From an uncultured virus (IMG/VR IMGVR_UViG_3300042887_003526) (lineage: Duplodnaviria; Heunggongvirae; Uroviricota; Caudoviricetes): DNA of 20,000 bases. Location of the stretch: IMG/VR virus record IMGVR_UViG_3300042887_003526; one strand, 5' to 3'. The translations under genes and the position numbers were made by a program. Each line of letters starts with the position of its first letter. Position 1 is the first letter of the stretch. Positions 8,275 through 15,322 of this stretch are shown here, one piece after another. The notes below the pieces were generated by a model. That model worked only from the letters and a program-made list of their open reading frames with translations, ran no database searches and had not been told where the DNA came from.

Positions 8275-8595
8275 TTAAACTGTAAGTTTCAGGTTTGAAC
8301 CACTGATCGGTTCAACGACCTTCTTACCCGGAACAACTAGGCCATTCACTACTACTGTGGTGAAATGATCTTCTAGTTCCTTTTGGGCATTGAGGATAAA
8401 CATAACATTCTTTGTTTCCAACAGAACGCCCTTGCTTGTGTCTGCGTATGGCATCCACTTAGCAAACATCAACTTGCCTTCTGGCGTTGGAATCAAAATG
8501 GTTGGATCCTTGATTTGATATCCACCATCAACTTCGGTAATGTTTCCAATAATCTCTTCACCACTCAACAGACGCACGATTTTTACATTGCTCAT
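8275..8595 (-). CDS. Conserved T4-like phage small protein (probable Sm-like beta fold)
   Basis: MSNVK.VRL.SGEE.I and W.PY motifs resemble a widespread T4-like phage family; AAGGA SD. Confidence 0.6.
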   Translation of the reverse strand: MSNVKIVRLLSGEEIIGNITEVDGGYQIKDPTILIPTPEGKLMFAKWMPYADTSKGVLLETKNVMFILNAQKELEDHFTTVVVNGLVVPGKKVVEPISGSNLKLTV

Positions 8596-8792
8596 AATTT
8601 ATTTTCCTTTATACCAAATGTGGCATTCTTCCACATTCTTAACTGATCAACCCTAAAATGCATAATTCTACTGTCCGACAAAACAACACACCAAATATCA
8701 TTCTCAAACGTGCCACCATCTCTCACATAAATGGCATATCCATCTCCCATCGGTGTTATAACTGGAATTGGATTTTTAAATTCATAAATCAA
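8592..8792 (-). CDS. Hypothetical protein
   Basis: 66-aa ORF (TTG start, GGTG SD-like motif); ATGA overlap with the next gene. Confidence 0.65.
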   Translation of the reverse strand: MIYEFKNPIPVITPMGDGYAIYVRDGGTFENDIWCVVLSDSRIMHFRVDQLRMWKNATFGIKENKL

Positions 8793-8814
8793 AACATCAC
8801 CAAAAAGTTAATTG

Positions 8815-9039
8815 TTACTTACAATCACATTTTCCGATAAATCTATCCCACAAAGAACACTTGGGTGGTTTTGCAATTGGCCAACAAATACCAATCAGAT
8901 TATCTGCCAAGAAAGCAGCATTCTTTTCTTCTAATGCTCTTTCTCCTGCCTTTAACACTTCTTTTTCTGTTAAGAGCATAGGCACACATCTACCGTCAAT
9001 TTCTATCTTTGTAAAATATAATTTCTTTTCTGCAGCCAT
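8815..9039 (-). CDS. Hypothetical protein, Cys-rich C-terminus
   Basis: 74-aa ORF with AAGGA SD. Confidence 0.65.
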   Translation of the reverse strand: MAAEKKLYFTKIEIDGRCVPMLLTEKEVLKAGERALEEKNAAFLADNLIGICWPIAKPPKCSLWDRFIGKCDCK

Positions 9040-9051
9040 TATAGTTTCCTT

Positions 9052-9402
9052 TTATTTTAGTGTCAATAGGTATTTTGTCCTATTTAACGACGAAAGCATT
9101 TCATCTCTTATATTTAGAAGGTCGGTGTCTTGGGTCTGAAGTGTTATAGGTACTTCATTCATTAAGAAACCTATTGCTTCATCAATGACACGGACAGGCA
9201 TACCTTCTTCGTAATTCTCTAAACTAAAATCAAACGGCTCATTTCTTCTACCATATTTTCCAAAATAAACTTCAACAAACTGATCTATGAGATCACTCAA
9301 AGAATCATAGAGTTTACCTAAAGCCTTATGCTCGGCAAAACTTTTAGTCTGCCAGTGAAAGATTCTTATTTGTTCTTGATAATTTATTAATTGTGCTAAC
9401 AT
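9052..9402 (-). CDS. Ferritin/Dps-like four-helix bundle protein (DUF5856-like)
   Basis: HWQT.S.AEHKALG.LYD.L.DL.D.FVE.Y.GKYGR and DLLNIRDEM....N.TKYLLTL motifs. Confidence 0.75.
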   Translation of the reverse strand: MLAQLINYQEQIRIFHWQTKSFAEHKALGKLYDSLSDLIDQFVEVYFGKYGRRNEPFDFSLENYEEGMPVRVIDEAIGFLMNEVPITLQTQDTDLLNIRDEMLSSLNRTKYLLTLK

Positions 9403-9413
9403 AGTGTTTTGAA

Positions 9414-9806
9414 TGGAGGCGGGGGGATTCGAACCCCCGTCTGATCATATTTATTTATACGAACGCTACACGGTTAGTCTTTGTTTGTGCAAGTAGGGGA
9501 ATCAAAGACACTTCCTTACTACAGGTCGAGTTCAGTATGGGTTTCGGATTGTTTACTAACTCTTTCACAATCCTATCCGAATTGAGTCATGGAAAGTTAT
9601 CGGAATACCTTTCCTATGCTTTCTGACGGTCCTAGCCCGCATTAATAGCGTAATCGCTAGTACACTGTGCGCTGTTACTCAAGCAGCAATTGCCATATAG
9701 TTATTATTATTGGCAGTCGTGAGTTTGATTGCTTTTTACGAAGCCTGCAATCTTCTTCGCCGTGCTTTCTTATACTTAATTATGTCATCGATACCATTTC
9801 GCCCCC
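9414..9806 (-). ncRNA. ssrA: tmRNA (ssrA), one-piece, 393 nt, no encoded CCA
   Basis: 5' GGGGGCG pairs with 3' CGCCTCC+A, giving the G3.U70 Ala identity pair; T arm GGGGG-TTCGAAT-CCCCC; internal tag frame ending in Ala-Ala. Confidence 0.93.
9679..9714 (-). other. tmRNA tag reading frame: (A)ANNNNYMAIAA*
   Basis: GCC AAT AAT AAT AAC TAT ATG GCA ATT GCT GCT TGA; same pattern as E. coli ANDENYALAA. Confidence 0.85.
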
Positions 9807-9807
9807 T

Positions 9808-10329
9808 TTAAATTTCTACTCTCATGGTATATTTTTTACCATTACGAGATGCTTTTGTGAGATGTTTGCTCTTTGGCAAAACCATTCCCATGTTTTCTTG
9901 GTGACCCATTGTGGCGCGAATATGACCAACTGGTTTTCTTATCCCGCGACCACTATGCCCATGCGCCCATACTGTTATGAATCCGCTCGGACTTGGATCT
10001 AGTCTTTCAACATGATGTGTCTTCCCGGATGGAGTCACATACATCATAGAAGGTTCCATGTCGCCACCCCAATGGTGCTTCATCAAATATGCATCCGAAA
10101 CAGAACCTTCTAAATCAGGAGAATCGGCATGCGACACAACAGCAATACTATCATCATTTTTTATGGAATCCATAATCGACTGATGGGTTTTACTTGCAAT
10201 CTTCATTCTATTTTCCCTAGCAATTTCTCCGGCAGCTTGCTTCTGAGGATCTGCCTTTGGTCTTTGGTACTCATAGTTCCAATATTCGTTTAGTACTAGG
10301 TGTGTTAAAATATCTCTAAGAGTCTTCAT
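9808..10329 (-). CDS. Late hypothetical protein, possibly capsid-internal
   Basis: TATAAATA late promoter and GGAG SD upstream; N-terminus MKTLRDIL...NE weakly resembles a capsid-targeting sequence. Confidence 0.65.
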   Translation of the reverse strand: MKTLRDILTHLVLNEYWNYEYQRPKADPQKQAAGEIARENRMKIASKTHQSIMDSIKNDDSIAVVSHADSPDLEGSVSDAYLMKHHWGGDMEPSMMYVTPSGKTHHVERLDPSPSGFITVWAHGHSGRGIRKPVGHIRATMGHQENMGMVLPKSKHLTKASRNGKKYTMRVEI

Positions 10330-10344
10330 GGTTTCTCCTAGAGA

Positions 10345-10352
10345 TATTTATA
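10345..10352 (-). promoter_or_regulatory. T4-type late promoter TATAAATA
   Basis: Exact gp55 consensus, 15 nt upstream of ATG 10329. Confidence 0.75.
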
Positions 10353-10667
10353 TTAACTCATCGCTTTGAATTTGACACAGAAGAATCCTTCTGTCTGAAG
10401 TGGCACAACTGCCAAATCGGTGATCTTTGGGAAAGATCTTTTTTCCCCCAAAAACACATCATTATTCATTACAAATGGGCCACCCTCAAAATCGATATAT
10501 TCGACATCGGTTTCGTCGCCTCCTACACGATAATAATTACTCTTACCGAGCAGATAAAATGTGCCTTTTTCGACATTACATTCATAAACATCACGCTTGT
10601 CGCCGTAACGACTGCGGAAAGAATCAACGAGTGTGGTATTTTCGAGAATTTGTTCTAAGTTTTGCAT
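10353..10667 (-). CDS. Hypothetical protein
   Basis: Start moved to MQNLEQ (10667) because the ORF-track start is inside tRNA-Glu; contains a D.EGGPF motif. Confidence 0.65.
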   Translation of the reverse strand: MQNLEQILENTTLVDSFRSRYGDKRDVYECNVEKGTFYLLGKSNYYRVGGDETDVEYIDFEGGPFVMNNDVFLGEKRSFPKITDLAVVPLQTEGFFCVKFKAMS

Positions 10668-10673
10668 GGTGAA

Positions 10674-10747
10674 TACACCCACGGGGACTCGAACCCCGAC
10701 TCACCGCCTTGAAAGGGCGGGGATTTAACCAGTTAATCTATGGGTGC
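10674..10747 (-). tRNA. tRNA-Glu(UUC), no encoded CCA
   Basis: Acceptor GCACCCA/TGGGTGT+A; anticodon arm CCGCC-CT TTC AA-GGCGG; T arm CGGGG-TTCGAGT-CCCCG. Confidence 0.94.
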
Positions 10748-10757
10748 AGTTGTTTAT

Positions 10758-11114
10758 TTACTTGATCTTCTTACCAACGGCCTTACGCATCTTCCTCTTT
10801 GAAGGTGCAGGACGGGCATTTCCACCGACTACCTGATATGAAGTTTCCTTTGCAAAGAGTTTGGAAACATCAATCTTTGTCGGAATCGAAACTACCTTGG
10901 CCTTCACCTTCTTTGCAAAATGGCGATCCACGCGGTTAATTACGCCTGGGATCCCATAAAATACAATAGCTGTGACCAAGTAATTAGTTCCATGTGCAAG
11001 GGTGAGAGAAGGCATAAATCCTGCATTGCAAACCAGGCCAGCAGTTGCGTAAATTCCCGCCATTCCGAAACAACAACCCTTAATAACGCCATCAAAAATT
11101 TCCTTTGAGTCCAT
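10758..11114 (-). CDS. Hypothetical membrane protein with basic C-terminus
   Basis: Start MDSKE (11114) with AAGGA upstream; two hydrophobic segments. Confidence 0.6.
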   Translation of the reverse strand: MDSKEIFDGVIKGCCFGMAGIYATAGLVCNAGFMPSLTLAHGTNYLVTAIVFYGIPGVINRVDRHFAKKVKAKVVSIPTKIDVSKLFAKETSYQVVGGNARPAPSKRKMRKAVGKKIK

Positions 11115-11130
11115 TTTTCTTTCCTTGTAA

Positions 11131-11355
11131 TTATCGTGCGCGGGCATTCATACGCTGAGCCCTACGCAGATTCTCTTTGTCGCCTGAAGAAATCATCACA
11201 AGTTCTGGCGCAGTCTTGTGATACCAATCCATGAAACCGACCATCGGCTTCACATCCGAACACTTTACACAAGTGTTTGCATTTGGAAGTGCCTCAAGAC
11301 GAGCCTGAGGAATTTGCTTTTTGCAATTGTCGCAGTAACAGATCATCGTTGCCAT
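11131..11355 (-). CDS. DksA/TraR C4-type zinc-finger protein
   Basis: CDNCKKQIPQARLEALPNANTCVKC matches C..C...IP..RL.A.P....C..C. Confidence 0.8.
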   Translation of the reverse strand: MATMICYCDNCKKQIPQARLEALPNANTCVKCSDVKPMVGFMDWYHKTAPELVMISSGDKENLRRAQRMNARAR

Positions 11356-11356
11356 G

Positions 11357-11551
11357 TTAGTTTGCCCTTTCAAATCGAAACTTGATTGTCTTACATTCAA
11401 CACGCTTTTCGCCGTCTATGTGCATTTTGCGTTGCTTGAGAATTCCCTTGTTCCAACCGAACGGCTTACAAACCGTTGCATTGTGCTTGCGAACAAAGAA
11501 ACCCTCACGCTCTGCTTCCAAATCAATGCTGTCAATGATACGCTTTGCCAT
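11357..11551 (-). CDS. Hypothetical protein (64 aa, MAKRIIDSID...)
   Basis: The longer ORF-track frame runs through a promoter and a tRNA; first ATG after the tRNA is 11551. Confidence 0.6.
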   Translation of the reverse strand: MAKRIIDSIDLEAEREGFFVRKHNATVCKPFGWNKGILKQRKMHIDGEKRVECKTIKFRFERAN

Positions 11552-11554
11552 GAA

Positions 11555-11626
11555 TACGCGATTCAGGAATCGAACCTGATTGAACCGATTATAAGTCGGC
11601 CTGCGAAAACCGTCCGCCCATCGCGC
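11555..11626 (-). tRNA. Atypical tRNA-Ile(UAU), no encoded CCA
   Basis: Acceptor GCGCGAT/ATCGCGT+A; D stem GCGG/TCGC; anticodon arm GCCGA-CT TAT AA-TCGGT; T arm TCAGG-TTCGATT-CCTGA; has its own promoter. Confidence 0.8.
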
Positions 11627-11639
11627 AAGTTGTCTCATA

Positions 11640-11668
11640 AGTATACTACTAATGAGACTCAGTGTCAA
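11640..11668 (-). promoter_or_regulatory. Sigma70 promoter for tRNA-Ile(UAU) and downstream genes
   Basis: TTGACA-N17-TATACT, 13 nt upstream of the tRNA 5' end. Confidence 0.78.
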
Positions 11669-11912
11669 GTAAATTTTTCAAGTTAATTCTGCTCTTCTTG
11701 GTTGCGGCATGACCTGCGGCGTCCAAAATGAGGTAATTTCTTGGCTGCCGATCTTCATCGTGGCCAAGCCGATAATTAACTTGTTCGACTGAAAGTCCGA
11801 TAAGTTTACTCTTATTGGACTCAATACATGCCTGAACAATCTTGTTGGCAATTTCTGCCGCTTGCTCGGTAGTCATCGTTTCAATCGGTACATCAATGAA
11901 AAGTCTATACAT
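11649..11912 (-). CDS. Hypothetical protein
   Basis: 87 aa; GGAGG SD; TAATG overlap with the deaminase. Confidence 0.7.
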   Translation of the reverse strand: MYRLFIDVPIETMTTEQAAEIANKIVQACIESNKSKLIGLSVEQVNYRLGHDEDRQPRNYLILDAAGHAATKKSRINLKNLLDTESH

Positions 11913-12274
11913 TAGTCCTCCAGTTTAACAATTCCATCGTCCGTTGTATAGTAAATTCTGTCGAAAACTTCTCTGCACCAAGGCATACAAAGTTCACATG
12001 GGCGAGACATTCGAATGTGCCCAAATTTATTATAACGAACATTAATCAGATCCAACTTGCATCCACGAAATTGCCTTGGAACTTTCCTGAACGCATCAAG
12101 TTCGGAATGCATTTCTTCAAATGGATATCCGATCTCTTTGGCGCGTGGATGAGTCTTGAACATATTTCTGCCAACAGAAATTACTCTGTTGCGATGCACA
12201 ACAAGGCTAACATGCTTTTTCTGCCTTGGTATTTCAAGACAAAGTGGGTATGCGTATGCTAGAAAGTTTTTCAT
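11912..12274 (-). CDS. Zinc-dependent cytidine/dCMP-deaminase superfamily protein
   Basis: H-x-E (HSE) and PCxxC (PCELC) motifs; G.N...THP; I.YTT. Confidence 0.8.
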   Translation of the reverse strand: MKNFLAYAYPLCLEIPRQKKHVSLVVHRNRVISVGRNMFKTHPRAKEIGYPFEEMHSELDAFRKVPRQFRGCKLDLINVRYNKFGHIRMSRPCELCMPWCREVFDRIYYTTDDGIVKLED

Positions 12275-12311
12275 AAAAAACAGGGAAGATTCCTTTCGGA
12301 ATACTTCCCTG
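12275..12311 (-). terminator. Rho-independent terminator
   Basis: cagggaag..attcc/ggaat..cttccctg hairpin followed by T6 on the minus strand. Confidence 0.75.
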
Positions 12312-12332
12312 CGAAGTAGATTAACAAATTGT

Positions 12333-12599
12333 TCAGGCGTTCATCAGGAAACGCGAACCGTCCTTGCGGAACTTGTAGGCGCGATCACCGGGGTGGGTGT
12401 CTGCCATGAAGTAACGACCGCTCGAATCAGTCACGATCTCCCAGTTTCCAAACTTCTCAACGAGTTCACGAATGGAAGACATGGTGGCGCGAAGATTCTT
12501 CACACCGTACTTCAGACGCGCTTCACGGGCATCGATGCCCCAACCGCGATAGAGATGATTGATGACCTGACGCTGCTTGCTAAGATTGCTATTGCTCAT
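12333..12599 (-). CDS. Small winged-helix/HTH DNA-binding protein
   Basis: Start MSNSNL with GAGG SD; SKQ..VIN.L..G..I.A.EAR.KYGVKNLRA.MS.IR is an HTH-like pattern. Confidence 0.6.
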   Translation of the reverse strand: MSNSNLSKQRQVINHLYRGWGIDAREARLKYGVKNLRATMSSIRELVEKFGNWEIVTDSSGRYFMADTHPGDRAYKFRKDGSRFLMNA

Positions 12600-12686
12600 A
12601 CTAACTATTTCCTCAAACTTGTTTGCACTCCTTTTGTTACCATCGGAAACTGCGAGTTGCGTTTCAGTCCCGATCACTATGTCCCT

Positions 12687-12715
12687 ATTCTAACAAAGTC
12701 TTGATCGTTTGTCAA
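12687..12715 (-). promoter_or_regulatory. Sigma70 promoter for the HTH gene
   Basis: TTGACA-N17-TAGAAT with TG extension. Confidence 0.78.
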
Positions 12716-12738
12716 TACCCTTTGTTCGATTTTTCCCA

Positions 12739-12810
12739 AGCCGCCTACTGGATTTGAACCAGCAACCTATGCTTTACAAAAGCATTGCTCTACCGTTGAG
12801 CTAAGGCGGC
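12739..12810 (-). tRNA. tRNA-Thr(UGU), no encoded CCA
   Basis: Acceptor GCCGCCT/AGGCGGC+T; anticodon arm ATGCT-TT TGT AA-AGCAT; T loop TTCAAAT. Confidence 0.95.
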
Positions 12811-12826
12811 AACCCAAATTTTCAAA

Positions 12827-12899
12827 TGCCTCCAACAGGGATCGAACCTGTGACCTATCGGTTAAAAGCCGAATGCTCTACCAGCTGAGCTATAGAGGC
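12827..12899 (-). tRNA. tRNA-Lys(UUU), no encoded CCA
   Basis: Acceptor GCCTCTA/TGGAGGC+A; anticodon arm TCGG-CT TTT AA-CCGA; T arm ACAGG-TTCGATC-CCTGT. Confidence 0.95.
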
Positions 12900-13081
12900 A
12901 AAATTGCGAGTGGACGGGTTCGCATTACGCCTGGATTTTACTCTCGGTTTTCGGATAATCCAAAATTCCTAAACCTACCCAGTTTTGTCTGTTGGGGCAG
13001 TTTTGTTAATAAAATATATCCTGCGCTTATAAAAATCATTGTTAACTAATCATGGTGTTCTCCGTCAGGTGCGTCCGATAA

Positions 13082-13624
13082 TTATACCACAACTTCATTC
13101 TTTGTCAACCACCAATTTGGAATATTTCCTGTACGCCACTTAGCAAATCTTGCCTTTTCGCCTAGGTAATAGGCACGATATGCAGCAACTACATCTTCGT
13201 GCTTATAGGCATCAGGCATTGCTTGTGCAAAGTCAGTCAATCCGCCTTTATCAATATTTTTTGGTATATCGTTTAGTGGACCTTGTAACATTTGTTCCAT
13301 AGAATGTTGTCTGACGTATCTATTGGTATATTCTTTGCATAGACTGTTGGCGTGTTGCCATAACCAAGCATAATTTGCTCTTGATCTTCTCGTCCATATT
13401 GTGCATGGATGATTAATCATGGTTGCTTTGCAAATATTAGTTTGCGAACAAATATATGTCTTGTACTTTCGCTTACCGGAATCAATAGTTACTTCCTGCC
13501 CATCCAACACATGATGGGCAGTTGACAACAATTGACACGATTCAACAATCATCTTGACAACATGCTTATCGCACATCATCTCGGCTGCGTTTGTTGGGTT
13601 TCTATCCAAGACAAAAATATTCAT
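13082..13624 (-). CDS. Pyrimidine-dimer DNA glycosylase / endonuclease V-like protein
   Basis: MNIF.LD..P..AA...CDKHVVKM..E..Q.LSTAH, HPCT.W.R.S..NY.WL, F.QAMPD.YK, AYR.YY...K. Confidence 0.8.
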   Translation of the reverse strand: MNIFVLDRNPTNAAEMMCDKHVVKMIVESCQLLSTAHHVLDGQEVTIDSGKRKYKTYICSQTNICKATMINHPCTIWTRRSRANYAWLWQHANSLCKEYTNRYVRQHSMEQMLQGPLNDIPKNIDKGGLTDFAQAMPDAYKHEDVVAAYRAYYLGEKARFAKWRTGNIPNWWLTKNEVVV

Positions 13625-13788
13625 GACCGTAACTTTTGTTTCTTGACAATTAGTGGCAACTTGCCATCACGATCCAATAGTTCAAGTGTCTTCTTTTTCG
13701 CATTCAATAATTGTAGTTGCATTTTTGTCTTCTTCAACTTCATTCTATGCGACTTCTTCAACTTCATTTTTCTTCCATTGCTATTCAT
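13621..13788 (-). CDS. Small, highly basic hypothetical protein (55 aa)
   Basis: Not in the ORF track: MNSNGRKMKLKKSHRMKLKKTKMQLQLLNAKKKTLELLDRDGKLPLIVKKQKLRS*; GGAGG SD; ATGA overlap with the next gene. Confidence 0.7.
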   Translation of the reverse strand: MNSNGRKMKLKKSHRMKLKKTKMQLQLLNAKKKTLELLDRDGKLPLIVKKQKLRS

Positions 13789-13789
13789 A

Positions 13790-14809
13790 TTAACCTCCAA
13801 AAATTGTATTTAACTGACGATTCACTCTTACAAAAGTAGTACACTTCGGCAAGTCCTTGATACTCTTTGCACCTACATATGTGCAGGCAGATCGTATCCC
13901 GCCCAAAATTTCATCTACAACACCATGAACTGGACCAGAATACTCAATTTCTACAGACTTACCCTCTGCCGCTCTATAATTTGCTACGCCACCCGAATAC
14001 CGATTCATCGCTTCTTTTGATGACATGCCGTAGAATCTCTTTTTAACTACGCCAGATGAATCTGTAACCTTCTCTGCTCCAGATTCGTCTGTACCTGCTA
14101 GCATTCCACCAAGCATTACAAAATCCGCCCCCGCCGCAAACGCTTTCGCTACATCTCCGGGACAAGTGCAGCCACCGTCTGCTACGATATGCCCGCCAAG
14201 ACCGTGGGCCGCGTCTGAGCACTCTATGACTGCGGATAGTTGTGGATATCCAACTCCTGTTATCTTCCTTGTTGTGCAAACGCTGCCAGGGCCAATACCA
14301 ACCTTCACTATATCCGCCCCAGCCAAAATCAAGGCCTCCGTCATTTCGGCAGTCACTACATTTCCTGCTATTATAATTGCATTGTTCCATATTTTTCTCA
14401 TGTCCTTTACTAGATCGATAAATCTTTCAGAATATCCATTTGCAACATCCAAACAAATAAACTTAAATCCCTTGTCAAAATTTCCATGAAGGTAATTTAT
14501 GCTCGGATTATCCAACCCACAACTAAGAGCAACAAAATTCTTATCGTTTAGTAGTGGTACTTCGTCCTTAGTCACATATTTATGAAGACATGTGATTGCC
14601 TGCATTTGTGATAATGCATTTGCCATCTCTATTGTACCTGTGGTATCCATATTTGCCGCCATGAGAGGAACACCTGTCCATGTTTGCGACGAATGTGGAA
14701 ATCTAAATTCACGGGTGATTTTAACTTCAGCTCGTGAATTTAGTCTTGAACGCTTTGGGCGAATTAAAACATCACTATAATCAAGTTTGATTTCATTATC
14801 AATATGCAT
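13790..14809 (-). CDS. guaC: GMP reductase
   Basis: [85 protein letters not shown]; no CBS domains. Confidence 0.95.
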   Translation of the reverse strand: MHIDNEIKLDYSDVLIRPKRSRLNSRAEVKITREFRFPHSSQTWTGVPLMAANMDTTGTIEMANALSQMQAITCLHKYVTKDEVPLLNDKNFVALSCGLDNPSINYLHGNFDKGFKFICLDVANGYSERFIDLVKDMRKIWNNAIIIAGNVVTAEMTEALILAGADIVKVGIGPGSVCTTRKITGVGYPQLSAVIECSDAAHGLGGHIVADGGCTCPGDVAKAFAAGADFVMLGGMLAGTDESGAEKVTDSSGVVKKRFYGMSSKEAMNRYSGGVANYRAAEGKSVEIEYSGPVHGVVDEILGGIRSACTYVGAKSIKDLPKCTTFVRVNRQLNTIFGG

Positions 14810-14820
14810 AATATAAAAAA

Positions 14821-15018
14821 TTATTTGAAAAAATTCTGTTTTGTTTTTTCTATATGTTCGCGCAAAGTTTTCATTGTCTTTGCAAGTTGTTTGTGATCAA
14901 TTTTGTCCAAAAGATATTTCTCATAGGAAAGCACAGCGTCGGCCGATAGTTCTATGAGTTTTGGGCAAAATTCATCCTCTTTGGGTTTCTCCGCCTGTTG
15001 ATTGGTTCGACTGAACAT
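14821..15018 (-). CDS. Hypothetical protein
   Basis: 65 aa; AGGAG SD. Confidence 0.65.
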   Translation of the reverse strand: MFSRTNQQAEKPKEDEFCPKLIELSADAVLSYEKYLLDKIDHKQLAKTMKTLREHIEKTKQNFFK

Positions 15019-15322
15019 TTGCTATCTCCTGTGGTTGATTATATAAAGCGGTAAACAGATCTTCTTGTTCATGCACATAATGACGAGCAAAATTAATTGC
15101 TTCGACCAAGGTATTCACCATTTCTTCTGCCTGATCAGGAGTCACAGAATCAATTGCTTCTAATGTGTCCCAATTTTTGAAATTAAGATTTGTATTTCCT
15201 TCAGAGTCTCTGAAAAACGAAATCTTAGGATTAATTCCACTATGGAACAATTCTGCCTCAAAAACCATAGAACCATTTAAAATGTTTTCTGTATCGGCGC
15301 CTGTGTTATTCACGATCTTCAT
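14972..15322 (-). CDS. Hypothetical protein
   Basis: ORF overlapping both neighbours in operon fashion; ATG 15322 (TTG 15328 is an alternative start). Confidence 0.6.
   Translation of the reverse strand: MKIVNNTGADTENILNGSMVFEAELFHSGINPKISFFRDSEGNTNLNFKNWDTLEAIDSVTPDQAEEMVNTLVEAINFARHYVHEQEDLFTALYNQPQEIANVQSNQSTGGETQRG

Noticed and set aside
7851..11668. ORF-track starts at 8189, 10682 and 11668, and ORF 9667..10002
   Set aside because: They run through or lie antisense to tRNA, tmRNA or promoter sequence; downstream starts are more plausible.
13055..13072. CTGACGGA as a hammerhead ribozyme core
   Set aside because: Does not match CUGANGA, and I could not build the three stems with a GAAA.
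13790..14809. IMP dehydrogenase (guaB)
   Set aside because: Short, no CBS domains, and has GuaC-type motifs (ANGYSE, FYGMSS, YRAAEGK).
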